From NCBI RefSeq assembly GCF_000143415.4, contig NW_003314268.1, positions 1,131,247 through 1,195,246 on the forward strand: a stretch of 64,000 bases of DNA, read 5' to 3'. The translations under genes and the position numbers were made by a program. Source of the DNA: Selaginella moellendorffii (Eukaryota > Plantae > Lycopodiophyta). Below the pieces are notes generated by a model. That model ran no database searches, was not told where the DNA came from, and saw only the letters and a program-made list of their open reading frames with translations. Positions 25,001 through 38,617 of this stretch are shown here, piece by piece (positions within the stretch are counted from its first letter, which is position 1; every line of letters starts with the position of its first letter).

Positions 25001-25808
25001 AACTTGACTCGTACGCTGCATTCTGTCAGCTCTTTCCTGGTTTTAGCCACCTCTTGCTGCAAAAACAAACAGAAAAGGTCAATCGATGGCTCGATGAAAG
25101 TTGTTATACCTCCAGATGAACTGCCTGGTCCCGCATAGCCAAGGCATACAAAAGAACAACTGAGCATGCGATGGATAGCTGGAAACGAGAAACACGTAAA
25201 CCAGAAAATCTTTCTCGAAGAAAAGCCTTGAAGCTTACCAATATAAACGTCGTAGGCCATAGGTAGGATCTCTTTGTTTCCAAACTCACGGCCGGCACTG
25301 TTGCATGCTTCGGAATGTTGATCCTTGTAGCAAGATCACTCGAAAAATTGTGTACTCCCTCAGGACATAGACCACGAAGTTCTTCCGCTGAAAGGACCGG
25401 CTTCTCAAGCTCGGGGTCGTCTTTGTGAAGTAGATCCGCATTCCAGGAAACCACTGTTTTTCCAGACTCTTTTGCTGCTTCCCCCTTCTTCGAAACCTTT
25501 CCAGGCCTGGTAGTGACTGCATCAGGGGAGGAGCTCGTTGCTGTAGAGGCGTTGAACCGTCTGATAGCGGGTAACAGTGGACCTGGAATTCTGCCGGCAT
25601 TAGTCGGAGAGATCGAGCGAGACCGTCGTAGAGGCCGTCTCACTGTCGAAGATCTTAGCAAGCTCGGTGCTGAGTTTGGCGGGCCAAGCTGAGCTAGATC
25701 GTCTTTCCCACGCATCCTTCTAAAAAGAAAGCGCACAAAGTACATGTCTTAGCTTCGAGCTAACAGAGGAAGGAAAGCATTTGTACCTTTCTCATTCGAG
25801 GACGCCAT
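22046..25808 (-). CDS. POLLUX: CASTOR/POLLUX/DMI1-family nuclear cation channel (multi-exon)
   Basis: Filter WTYVADSGNHAD, LIFALMLGLVSDAISEKVDSL, VICRSGSPLIMADLKKV, GHVVVELSDIDNEPLVKLVGG, SNELVSMALAMVAEDKQIN; CASTOR versus POLLUX not resolved. Confidence 0.9.
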
Positions 25809-27359
25809 TGAGCAACATTGTCAGAGCTTTAGAACTGGAAACCAAGAGTTTTGAGGAAAGAAAACAAAATTAGAGAAAACGCTCATACCATTTTTATTCG
25901 AGAAACCATATGATCTTCTCGTCAGTGGCGAGAATGCTTGGAGCTCAAAACGGGGACTCCAAATCTGAGGCACTTGAATACCCTGTGAACAAACAGTGCC
26001 AGTGCCGAATAAACTTCTCGATACTGTAGAGCACGAGAAATCATGTCGCATATGCGCTTCCAGAGTTTTTAAATTCATCCTCCTGTTTCGATCGATTCCG
26101 TCACCTTCATACGAAAACACAAAATCATACCTCGATGGAAGAAACATACTAAAGAATCTAGGCAAGAAGAACTCGTCCAGAAAATCAACCAGGAACAACT
26201 TTCACTCGATCAGCCTCAGCTTCGATCGCGGCCGCTTTGCGATCAATCTAACCCAGGATCCGATGGCCCTTCTCTCCACACTTGTGGCAACTGTTATGCG
26301 GCTTAGTGAGTTAAGGTTTCTTGCCATTGCCTCGTTTGCCCTCCACACAAGACTTCAAGCGAAACAACATCACTAATCTTCTCTTCGGATGGACTCCTCT
26401 CACACTTCTTAATCGTATGCGTCTGGACCTAGGCTCCTTTTTTCTAGGCTCGTTTTCTTGGAAGATTGCACATTCCATTTGTCCCACAATTATTTGTCCA
26501 TCAAATAGTCTTTCTAAACCTCCTTGTGAAGTTGTTTGGCAAATGACTCAGCACCTCGTGCTACTTGAACTCACAACCTGAATGCCTAGGTGAAATAGCA
26601 GTGAAGGAGGACAATCCACCTTCCGAAGCTTGGGTTTGATCCCCTCTTTGCATGGTGGGGATGGTGAAAGATAAATTCATCCAACTGAGTTACTGTAAAG
26701 TTCATGAAATTGTGCTAGAGTTATCAATAGCCATTTAAGTGAAGTCATCCAAGTTTATTAAATTAATTAACACTTACATTTATTTCTAATCATTTTGTTT
26801 TATTTTGAGTTGGATAAAGTTTTGCAAAACGTTGTAAACTTTAAATGGCTTAACTTAAATTTAAAAATATATATTTTAAATATATTTTATTTGTGCAAAT
26901 TTGTCTTTCTTTTTTCACAATTATTAATTTTACTCATCATTAAGATATTCACTACACTTATTTTCAAACAATAAATGTAATAAATATCTTAAAATTCCCT
27001 TAAATAAATACTTAAAATTTAAATAGAAATAAATATGATAATGATAAAAGTTTAAGACATTAGCTATAATATTTAAAAAATAATTATTAAATTAATAAAG
27101 AAACCCCCACCTAAATATTATGTTTATTTTTATCAAGAATAAAGGAAAAATAAATCATAGTAATTCAAATTCAATCGATTGTTCTCATCCTTCATAGGAA
27201 ACATAATACACTGAATTAATTCTAATCTAAATTCTGATTTAGTTCCCTCTAGAGCTCGTTATTTTAGCTAAAGTTTTAGGAATAAAAGTGGGCAATTTTA
27301 TGTGATTACACTATATATATGTAATAAAAAAAAATTTATGATAAATATTATATGGATAT

Positions 27360-29795
27360 GTTAATTTATTATTATATATATATGTATGTATGTATATATA
27401 TATATATGTATATATATATATGTATGTATGTATATATATAAAACCCTACCTAAATAATACATTAGTTATAGTACTAAAGCATATAGACTGTTTATTTGAG
27501 ATTGAATTCGGCCATCCATTCTTGTATATAAATAGGGGTCTAAACCCCACTCAAGCATTCACATTGGTGGAGATGAAGGGCATTGTAATTTGTCTTTGAA
27601 GGGCAAAACTTGTTAATAATGCTTTGCTTTAGTGTTTTGGATTGTGCTTTTTGTTCTTATTTCTTCATTTTCTTTTAGATCTAGATTTATATTAATTTTT
27701 TGCAAGATTTAGAATTTTAACTATTGTTATGTTTAGATTTACTTTTTCTTTGCATTCTCTTCCCTGTTATGCCACATTATTATTGATCAAGTAATATATC
27801 ACTTTAGGCTATAAATGCTACTCCATTGAATTAAACTTTTAATGTTGCAAGGTGTGATAATGTTAGTCCTGGTGTGTTGCCATCTCCAACTTTTATAGGA
27901 TATGATTATATGGCTTATTTTGTTCTTGGTGTTTTGCCATCTTTCCTTAATGTGGAATATGATTGTGACATCATTGACAAGCTATAAATGATGCAATCTA
28001 GTTTTTAGAGAATGTTCAAAAATCAAGTTTATAGGAAGACAATATGTATAAGCTTGAATAGATTCCAAATCATTTTGACGAGGTTCATTATTATAGAAGT
28101 AATTTCGGAGATGAAATGGAAATTTCATGGGGTAGATATCAATCTTTCAATTTGGCATTTAATTTTTTTTCTTTACTTTCTACTCTTTTTTAACATTTTT
28201 TTATTTTTTGGCCTAAACCATATTTCTATCATATTTCTAATATTTCTTCTTCATTTGCAATGTTTTCTTCTCCTAGCATGTCAATCATTTATGACTCTTA
28301 TAATTCTCATTCTCAATATTAAGTTGAGTGTATTTTGTCCTTCTCATACTAATTTGAATGTTGAGTATATACATGAAGTTAAGAAAATTGTTTTTGTTTT
28401 ATTAGTAAAGTCTTTGATCAATTTTAGTATTGAGTATTCCCCTATTCCAAGGGTTAAGTCACTTTAGCTATAATTTTGGGTTGAGTATGAATCCTTATTT
28501 ATGAGTGCTATTGAGAGCCTTTACTTTACCGTTGTTGTTAAAGAATTTATGTATTCTTTTGAACATATGGACATTGTTATTGATTTTTTTGTCTCAAATA
28601 TTGAGTTGTGTGTTGAGGAAGTTGAATGGTGTGAATCTTTTGCTTATAATGTGGTGGTTGAATTATTTTATGATAGGAAGTCCTTTATTTTCCAAGTTTT
28701 GAGCACATGTCTTTCTTTTAATTTCCATATATCTGTATTGTTAATTGCTGTAAATTTCTCTTTTGATGCATTTTTATTCACCTTTTTTTCTTCTATAATT
28801 GTTTTTCCTCAAATTTTCTTATTTTCCCCTTTATGCCCCGACACTTCAAACATTTTTTTCTTCAGAGGAGGGGGTAGAGGGGACAGATGGGAGTTTGGCC
28901 CCAACAATAGAGTGAGGATGAGTGAATATAATAGTGGAGTGAAGATGAACAATATTGATTATGGAGTGAGGATGAATATAGTGAGTTCAAATGAAACATT
29001 CAGCCATGATATAGTGAGTTAAACAAATACAATAATAAAGTGAAGCCAAACATAAATGGTGGAGTGAGGACGAGCATAACAAATTTAAATAAAGCTAGTG
29101 CTTTAGACCTTTTTTCCTTTAAAAAAGAGATAAAAAGGATAACAAAGTGAATCCAACTTCCCATGTGCAGTGTCAGACAAGGATAATGGTAGTGAGTTTA
29201 AGTTAATACAAGTCATGAATGTTGACCAAAGTGAAGACATAAAGGTGGGTTTTGTTTATAGTCATGAGTTTAAATTAATAGTGGTCTTGGAAAATCGTCA
29301 ACAAATAAACTTACAGACAAGATATATTATTTGTTGCAATAATATTTATGGACTATAATGGCTTTTAAAAAAAAAAATTTTGGTTCAAAACTATGACTTC
29401 AATATTAGTTTGAGCATTTAACAGTTACATATGGAATTGCAATTGATTCATCAAGATTTTATAAATGCTTTTGCCATGGCTCTGGGTTTTATTTCACTTA
29501 TAGTTGTTCACAACTTTGTTAGTGATTTTGTGGGAGCTTCGGATTTTTATGGTAGTTTGTAATCATCTAGCAGAAGCTCTAAATATTCCACCTAATTTAT
29601 TTTTATCATTTTTTCATCTTCCGAAGGGGTAGATAGTGTAAGGTTTGTAAATACATATATTACTCTGCCTAGGTAATACATTAATTATAATACTAAAGCA
29701 TATGGATTGTCCATTTATGACTGAATATAGTCCATCCATTATTGTGATTTAAACCTCAATTAATATATTTATTCCTATATCTTGGAGCATTCACA
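27360..29795 (+). mobile_element. Non-autonomous LTR retroelement (~2.4 kb) with tRNA-Ala-type PBS
   Basis: Diverged direct repeats ~27440-27563 and 29637-29795, both ending gcattcaCA; PBS TGGTGGAGATG at 27565; PPT GAAGGGGTAGATAG before TGTAAGG at 29637; left edge obscured by a TA microsatellite. Confidence 0.65.
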
Positions 29796-31747
29796 ACATG
29801 TTAAGTAAAATATAAAAGATAAAAATGATTGATAATTTTAGTTATAGAAGTTTGGAAGGTAATTGTTTAAAAATTTAAAACTATGCTACTCAACTTTGAT
29901 TGTTTATATAAGAAAAAACTAAAAGGTTGATTATGATTTAAAATAACTTTTGATATTGTAACTTTAAAAGTAAATTCATTTTATTTGTATATCAACTTAG
30001 AACATAACCTATTCAACCATTTTAAAACCTTTGATTTACCTAGCAAGTTTGTATTATATTTTTTTATATTCAAACTTTACATAAATATTAATAAAATTTT
30101 TAAAAATTATTTATGTGTCTAAAGTTTTATTTAAATTTCATTTTATGTGCAATTTTTAATGTTAGCAAAATTCACACTTAAAGATTTTTAGGTTAATAAA
30201 TTTAATAACAGAAAAATTAAAATCATAATGTATCTCTACTAAATCTTTAAAAAAATGTTTTTTGTATATTCATATTGTTTTTGAGTTTTTCATGATTGAA
30301 ATATAAAATCTAAAATGTGACTATTCTTTGTTGCACTAAACTACTAAAAATAGTAATTTTATGCTATAAATAAAGTATAAGGTTAATTACACAATATATT
30401 TATATCCATTTAAATATATATTAAAGTATGTGTATTTAGTTTACAAATATTTTCATAAATATAGATATATTTTAGGTCATATTAAGTGAATCTTTAATAT
30501 ACAATAATGGTGAAAACATTTATTTACTAGTAAAAAAATAATTTGAATGTGTCTATAGTCAAAAATATTTTATTAATAAAGTTTTAAAATAATTATTTTA
30601 TAAAAAATAAAATTAATAAATTTTAGTACAATTTCTGTGAGAAGTTTTAATGTATGATATTGTGATTATAACCCTCTTTTAAAATTTACTATTGTAAAAT
30701 TAATCCTAAATAATTAATTTTAGAGCTGAAATATTTTAGTTTATTTGTTTTAAAAATAAATATTTTTAATAATAATCTTTTATTTTTGCAAGTATTTTGA
30801 AGTTAAAAGCAAAACTCTTGCAAAATATGTCAATCGACACTATTGGCTTAATAGGAAGGAAACCTCTCATCAATATCAATTTAATTAAATGAAAATTTTA
30901 AATATGGTAAATAAAAATTTTATTAATTTTTTAAATTTATATTTTAAATTAAATTATTCGGATGGGAATTTGAGCAAAAACTTAAATTCCCTTCTTGGTA
31001 TTGGCAGGTGTTTATTCATAAATGTCTAGAATCGATTTTTTTAGAACTTTTATTATTATAAGTTAAATTTAATGCTGTAAAATCTAAGAATGATGATATA
31101 TTCATTTGTAATAAAATGGCAAAATGATATAGATTTGTTTATATTTCAACTTAGACTCACTTGTTAGCAAAAGTATATGATTTTAATGATTTGAGAAAAT
31201 CTCACTCACCTATATACTTTGGTTTGAGTCTGAGCTTATGTTATAAGAGATTTATTTATTTAATTATTCCACCTTAAATCCATAGTAAAATTGATCTAAA
31301 ACATTAACATTAGTGCATTTTCTGATTCGTCCGAGGACACCATTAAAGATGACGCGCGTCGTAAAAGCTTTGAGCTTTTGAGAGAAGAAAACAAAAAATG
31401 AAAAGAAAAAGCCATTTTTATTCTCGTCAGTGGCAAGAGTCCTCGTAGTAGCTTAGCACTTGTCGACCAATGAAGTTCACAGAATCGTTTCTCTGTTGCC
31501 GGTGGAGCCGATCGCACCTTTCCCAAGGATCTTCCGGATGATGGCTGTGGTGGCGAGCCCAAGCTACGAGTGATTCCAACGTTGCTACACATCCATTTCC
31601 CAGCGATGGCGTAGACATCATGATGCTTCCAGAGATTTTTCTAAGTCGACGTTTTGATCGATTCCATCACTTTCATGTACCCAAACACAAAGAAAGAAGA
31701 AAGAGCAGGAGAAAATAGAAAGACCTTTCCTCCCATGTATGATACTT

Positions 31748-32030
31748 TCAAAACGCCAGCTCCGCGAACAATCGCTCAAGATCATCCGCCTCCGTGGAAG
31801 TCCGGTCCTGGCAGGTGCGCGACGAGATTAGGGCAAAAAGAAACGCGTCCCTCGCTGCTCACCTGGCGTGGGATTTTGAGAAGATCGAGCATTTTGCCCA
31901 GGACCTTGAGACGATGGATCGCATACGCGCTTGATCGCGGCAGCTTTTTCACTCGATCGACCTCAGCTTCGATCGCCGCCTCCCGCGTCTTGTCGTCGCC
32001 GCATTGTGGCTTGACGCGATCAATCTCCAT
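31748..32030 (-). CDS. Small (~75 aa) conserved plant protein of unknown function (2 exons)
   Basis: MEIDRVK...EAEVDRVKKLPRSSAYAIHRLKVLGKMLDLLKIPRQ | DRTSTEADDLERLFAELAF* joined by an in-frame GT-AG intron. Confidence 0.7.
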
Positions 32031-32088
32031 AGCCAAGAACCTAAAGATTTGCCCTCAATAGCAGAAACCCGAGAACTAAAAACAATGT

Positions 32089-32161
32089 GACTCCATGGCC
32101 CAATGGATAAGGCGCTGGTCTACGGAACCAGAGATTCTGGGTTCGATCCCCAGTGGAGTCG
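32089..32161 (+). tRNA. tRNA-Arg (anticodon ACG)
   Basis: Acceptor stem GACTCCA/TGGAGTC; anticodon arm CTGGT-CTACGGA-ACCAG; T-loop GGTTCGATCC; upstream CAA and downstream T-run terminator. Confidence 0.97.
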
Positions 32162-32264
32162 ATTCTTTATATATACTTTTTTTATTTTGCAAATTCAAAT
32201 GCGACAGTACAATTTTTGAGATATTCTGTTAAGCCTTTTATGCGCATTTTTACATGACTTCTTT

Positions 32265-33721
32265 TTACCCAGGAAGGTAAAAATCCATGGTGTCCACTGG
32301 TAAATTCAGCACCGACGTCTCAACCTTCCAAAGAAAATCACAACGATGATCAAAGAAGAAGAATAGAGAGAACCGTATACCTCTTCAAATGGAACAAACA
32401 CGAATGGCGCTAATCCTTTTTTGTGAGTCACGGCAGGCACATTCGGGTTGTGGCTCTCGTCTTCCTCCCAGTTCTCCACGGAGCTCAGGATTTCCTCGTC
32501 GGTGCTAACTTCGATGTCGTCCAGGCCACTGGTGACGAGCAGCAGCAAATCCAGTCGATTGTTTGCACCTGGAGTAGTACTACGAATTCTGCAAAACAAA
32601 ACCATGAAGAAAGATCTTTGACAAACTCAATCTTACTTGAGGCGAATTCTCAGCACTGTAGGCCGTAGCCCCGGATAAACCACGGCCGCATCCACCTACA
32701 AAAGAACTCTGGCGATTCAGATAAAGGAAAAGGGAGCACGTATTTCATTGCCTGGGATTGTGCGAGCGTGTACCGTCCCCCGTAAGTGTTCTCCTTTGTA
32801 GCGCGCCGATTCATTGTCTTTGCGATTTCCTTAAGCCGCAGCGCAGTATTCTAAAGCACAAAAGGATGTAAGCTCCGAGAAAATGTGTAGAGGAACTTCG
32901 CTACCTTGTAGAGGAACCTTCCATTCGGAAAGAAACGAATATATCTGTAGTAGCAGACCTGGAACGACGAGAAAAAAAGCCATAAGTTCATCCAAAACGG
33001 GAATAGATCATCTTACCAGATGAACTGGATTCGTAACCTTCCATTCAGCAACACCGGCGCGAATGTAAGTGTTGCGGCTCACATAAATACCTGGGACAAG
33101 CACGTCAGTCACTCGAAGATCTTAAAGAGTAACTGCAAGGAAACCATCAAACCGAAGCCTGGGACGATGATGCCACATTTTTCGCCAAGAGCCATCGTAG
33201 TTCTGACTCAATATCTTTCTGTTTCCTTCGACACCATGAAGCTGGAAGGTCATCACAGCAAAGTCACGTAAAAACATGGAGAGAGAAAAGAAGTGCTCTT
33301 GCCTGCCATGTCTTTAAGCATGCCAAGCGCCAAAAGACGGGATTGCGAATAGCATATCGCCACTTTCTACACACACACGACGCCTTTCCCAGCGTGTAGG
33401 GAGACAGACGCATAAAAATCTGTGAGCAGCACCCTTAGAACAGCAAACGAAGAAAAATGGCACAAACCTCATGAAGTATATCTTCGGAAAGTTTCCGATG
33501 CAATAGAGAAGGATCGAGTTCGATCTGGTAGCTTTGAGCAACAGGACGTATTCTGGTACCGTAAAGATCTAGCAAAAGAATAAAAAAAGATGAAAATGTA
33601 GAGCTTCAATTCTCGAGCAAAGAATAGTACGCTTACCCAGCCAAGGTCTCGCTGTTACAAAGTACTTCACTGGTCTATACCCTTCTGTGTCGTTAATAAT
33701 CGGATGAAAAACCATAGCCAT
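32265..33721 (-). CDS. F-box protein 7 (FBXO9-like), multi-exon
   Basis: [95 protein letters not shown]; start uncertain. Confidence 0.85.
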
Positions 33722-34015
33722 TGCCCCTGGAAAGAAGAAACCTAGAGCTCAGATCAATTCCTAGAGACTCCTATACCTTTCCACGATCGCGTCTACAAGC
33801 TGCGCCTAGGCTTGGGGAGGATGAGCGCCTTGAATTTCACCTGGAAACACGCGCCCATCGATCAAATCCCTCGAATTCCCACGAGAACTTACGATCAAGC
33901 GCGCCATAGGCCGTGCTGCCGCCTCACAATTGAAAACCCTCGCCAATGATATCGTACGGAAATAATATTCTGCCTACGTGGCTAAGCAAGTTTTATTAAA
34001 GATAAACAATTTATC

Positions 34016-35391
34016 TTAAATAATGGAGGGGTCCTCGTCTTGTTGGATCATCCTCTTCATGTTCTCTTCCTTGAGCACCACCGTGACGACCACGCCGCCA
34101 TCGCTGGATGGGAAGAGATAGATCTTCCCTTCGTGAAGATCATTCGTCCCAAACGTGATCCCGCACGGTTTCCCAAATCCAAACTCCGATTTCTCCACCG
34201 GGTGCTGGTTGGAGCTCACCGCCTGGCCAAACGGCGTCACTCGAACCGGGCGAGGGGCCTGGATCATCCAAAGTATGGTGCTCAAGGCACTCTCCACCCT
34301 GGCGCCATCGAAAGCCTGGATCGCGTCGTGGATGGTCCGAGCTGCGAATGGAAGCCCCCTGTTCTTGAGATCGCCGGCGCTGGCAATGGCTAACAATCCG
34401 CAGATGGCGTTGCCAAAGTAGGAGGTGGGGATGGAAGCGATGCGCCCGCGGCAACTGGCGAGGACGAAGAACCTGACAGTTTGCGAATCCGGGAATCCCT
34501 GAGCGATGACCGTTCTCCGCCAGAACTCCGCACAGAGGGCGACGTAGGTGCTGAATCGAGCGTCGCTGCTGCCAGCCGCCGCCCGGGATTTGAGCTCCGC
34601 GATGGCGGAGCGATCGAATCGGTACTGCCGGGTGGCCATGGGTGACGAATTGGGTACGACGAGGGGCATTTTCTCCACGCTAGGGACGATCTCTGCTCCC
34701 CAATATCCCACCGCGTTTCTCATGTGCTCCTCCTCGCTCAGCTCCAATCCCTTGTAGTTGTAAGAGATCACCGGGGGAGCGGAGATCATTTGGCCCGTTC
34801 TAGCGATTTCTGCCCAGGAGGTCATGAAATGCCAGAAACTCACTCCATCAGCTACCTGGTGGCTGAATCCCACTCCCAGGCTCACTCCTCCACATCCAAA
34901 TCGTGTGATCTAACAGGATTTGTAAGCGATGATGGACGAATCAGTGGCAACTACCATACCTGGACAAAGAGCAGGGGATCCTCGATTTTCCAGGGATATG
35001 CCGGTGGAGGGCTCCCAATCTGGCAAAGCGTGTCGCAGAACTCGCAGGGCTCGAAGAATCCAAGCTGGGCCAGCGACTTCTTGGTCGTGGCAACAGTGAA
35101 TTTGGCGCTGAAATCTACAGAGGAGCAATCGAGCTCGAGAGCAGGGGTCGAGACTCCATCGCCGGCACGCATGCGCGACGCGAATGGATAGAAGGGGACG
35201 AGGGCCTCCGCGAGGCTGCTCTTGAGCAGATCCTCCACATTCTCGGGTGCCGATTTGTAGAAGAGCATTCTTTTCTGGTATCCGGCATACCCCATGAGGC
35301 GATCGAAAGTGGAAAGCTCGAATTTTGGTGGATGATCGAAAGCCTTGGCCGGACCGACGAACTCGCTGGACACTATCGCAACTTCCTCCAT
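34016..35391 (-). CDS. BAHD acyltransferase (2 exons)
   Basis: LKSSLAEALVPFYPFA, PLLFVQ|ITRF (typical intron position), catalytic HQVADG (HxxxD), YFGNAI, EFGFGKP (DFGWG-like). Confidence 0.9.
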
Positions 35392-35609
35392 CTCCTTGTT
35401 GCGAGGTTTTCCAATTAGCTAGCTTCCTCTTCCGTGGATCTGACACGAACGACAAATATGACCATCTTAAATGCTAATGGTAATTAAGACTAAGTCTTGG
35501 GAAAGACTTAGACGTCGTGTTTTGCTCCGTCTCATTTGCATCTTCATCGTTGCTTCGTTGCTGCCGTCTTCTATTCTATCTTATTTGGATCTTATAAGCT
35601 TCGATCGCA

Positions 35610-36310
35610 TGAGAAGGAATACAAATATCTCGGCTATGTGATTCATCGCACTCAGCCTTGGGCAGCAGGAGTGATGGAGCGGAGGAAAGCAGCCCAACAA
35701 GCATACTACATGTTATGCAATCATGGTCATGGAGTCGGGCTTGTTACCATGAGAGATCCTTGCATGGCACAGGGCCATTGTATATGTTCAGAAAAGCAGA
35801 TTCTCCCACTTGGACAAACTGGTAGACGCTCTTGATCAAGAAACTCACAAAAGATGGTGACACGATGTGAAAGGAGTGGACCACAAGATTTGGCTTCGAC
35901 TTGGAGATCCTCACAGCAGTCTACCCGGAAGAATTGGAGTCATGGATGGACACAGATAGCTCTCGTCAAATGGCTGTGCCCGAGGAAAAAGACCAAGTAC
36001 AACATCTACCAAGACTCGGTTAACCGAAATCTTCGGCCCCATGGTGTACAGAACACTGGCACGATACCGCATGGGGAGTCACCACCTACTCATGGAACTT
36101 GGACGCAGAGAACAACCGCCAATTCTGCAGGACCAACGGATTTACCCAGTTTGTTGTGAAGAGGTTGCACACATTTCCAAAGTATGCTCAGCATATCACG
36201 ATCTATGTCACCCCGAGGCTCTCTGGGAGCTGGAGACACATCAAATCCTGCAAGCAACACAGCAGATCAGTGAACTGGTCCAGTATGCCGTCAAACAATC
36301 ATTACACGGA
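35610..36310 (+). mobile_element. Degenerate non-LTR (LINE) reverse-transcriptase C-terminal remnant
   Basis: EYKYLGY (RT thumb region) and LARYRMGSHHLLMELGR...RIYPVC...H...CSAY zinc-binding tail, broken by frameshifts. Confidence 0.6.
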
Positions 36311-37329
36311 GAACGCATGGGCTACTCACCATGGAAGCCACAAATAAAAGGAAACAATATATGCAGAACAGACAACGCAAACGACCCAGGGGCGGAAGCA
36401 TCCAACCGACAGACGCAAACAAAGGAGAGGTGGCTGAAGTGAACACAACAACAACCGAGCGAACATCCGGAGGTGGATATAGAGGCGAGGAAGAAAGAAC
36501 GGCAGCAAATATCATTAAGACAGCATTCTTGCACCCATCAGTCTCCTGCTTCCTCAGAGGCCCCGCGACGCGAGCAAAGTAAAAGAGCAAAAGTGAGGCC
36601 TGCTGCGCCTTGGAGGCTAAAAATATAGCCAGATTGTGAGTGGCAGACACAAAGGGACCCCTCCTGGGACGAGAAAGGGAGGAGGGAGTGCGGCGGGAGT
36701 AAGGACCTCATAGCGGCCGGGCGGGGAAATTTGTTTGCACGGTCTCATGCTTCTTGGTTAGGCACTGTGAGACTGCCAAAACAAAATATGTATGAATAGT
36801 CATGTTAGTTTAGAATACTTTAGCTTAATAACAAGTTTTAAAATGCTTGGCTAGTTGAGAGCTGCTAGATGCCATCAAAACTCTCATGGACGAAGCCATT
36901 GCCAGGCTCAACCAGCTCGGCAAGGTTGCACCCTTCTCTATCATCTTTTTCAGTGTCTCCTAATCCCGCTCTACCATCAGCACTATTTGATACTGCTGGT
37001 GCGGTGGCAACTGGCTTTGATTTTAACTCGTATTGTTCTACAGGCTGAGTACATTTGGTGTAATAAGTCTGTTGGTAATCCTTAGCCTGAGCCAAAGCTA
37101 TAAAGATGGAAGAACGCGATAAAAGTACTCTAACCATGCTCTCCCCTCTGGATAGAGTGGGAGTGAGTGATAGTAAGAGGCAAAATAAGCTCAAACAAGG
37201 CACTAAAAGTCAAGATGCAATGGACTTTGAAAATTCAAGATTGCCAATAAACTTGAAATACAATTGAATTGTGGAAGGCCATCTATTTCAAGATGATCTG
37301 AAAATTGCTTAATGGTGAGCTATTCCATC

Positions 37330-37745
37330 AATACCTTTAAAGCTTCCCCTGGGCCTTATGAATTTAGGACAGTTATAACATAAAACAACCATTTGCATCA
37401 AGAATTGTGCAATTGAGTTGGCTATTCCATCAGGTAAAGCATCCATCTAGTAAGGTAATGATATTATACTGATACTCTATGGAAGATTGTGGAAAATGCC
37501 CCATCAAGTATTATACAACTAATTCAAATGGGAGAATGCCTTTAAAGCTGTCAAAGGTAGATTTCAGACAAAATGAGTTTAGGACAGCTGTAAAAACAAC
37601 CATTTGCATCAAGAATTGTGCAGTTTAGTTGGCTATTCCATCAAGTAAAACATCCACCAAGCAAAGTAATCAAATGTAATAATGATGTACTGATACCCCA
37701 TGGAAGATTGTGGAAAACGCTCTATCAAGTATTATGCAACCAATC
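37330..37745. repeat. Imperfect tandem duplication of a ~210-bp unit
   Basis: Blocks cctttaaagct, tttaggacag, aaaacaaccatttgcatcaagaattgtgca, tggctattccatca and atggaagattgtggaaaa each occur twice. Confidence 0.8.
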
Positions 37746-38617
37746 CAAACAAAGAATGCTGCTTGATCAACCTGACCCCTCTAGCCATTAGTTAATAAGC
37801 CATAAGATAGAACTGATTACTAGAACCGAGCCATTGACCAAAGAGATGATGGACTCAAATAATACAGCATGGAAGCCTACCAAATCTCGTTCTGATCGAT
37901 AGCCAGTGATAGATGTGATTGCTTGGACTTCATTGCTGCAAAAAAATGCTGGGTGAGAGGGTGAGAGGGTGAGAGGATGATGGGTGAGAGGTGGGACATA
38001 GTGGCTTGGGCGACCATACTCCAATAGATGGAGCTCATGCTTCTCGGGCTCTTGTCACTGTCGGCGATGAGAGCTTCGATTGCAATTGCCCACGACACCA
38101 CATCACTCTGAGGCATTCGCTTGAAAGCATGCAAAACTGGGCATATGCTTGAAAAGTTTTCAGTCAAGCTGGTGTGATGGAAAAGGAGCCTGTTGGGATT
38201 AGGGGAGGAGAGTCAAGTGGTCTTTATCAGTTTACCGACTTCTGGTAACTGGGCTCACTCATTACACATTGAACTCTGCCGAAGAGGGACACCCAGGGAG
38301 GCGCGATGCTGCCCAGGGACGGAAACCCTGTCTCACGTCATCTATGACTGTCCAGCCGACATGCGTCTTTTCTTCCCCCAAGCTTTCATAAGCACCACAG
38401 ACGCAGCAGCGATGACAGCTTTATTCCTATGCGCCATGGAAAACTGAAGGACACTAGCAGTGTCAACGACGCAGAAAATCGTTTCTAACACATTTGCAAC
38501 TTGAAACAGTAATATTGTATTAATAGAATGCAAAATGGAGATGAGGTATGTTTCTCTACAAATCGGCACCAGAGAATGTTGTGGAAAAACTATTGACAGG
38601 TAAATCTGTGATCACGA

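Noticed and set aside
28012-29022. Hydrophobic 151-aa and 173-aa ORFs
   Set aside because: T-rich low-complexity frames inside the LTR element with no recognisable motif
36865-37203. 112-aa ORF with signal-like N-terminus
   Set aside because: No motif or splice support; lies in a decayed region
37877-38167. Single PPR-like motif (AFKRMPQSDVVSW)
   Set aside because: Isolated fragment; not supportable as a gene
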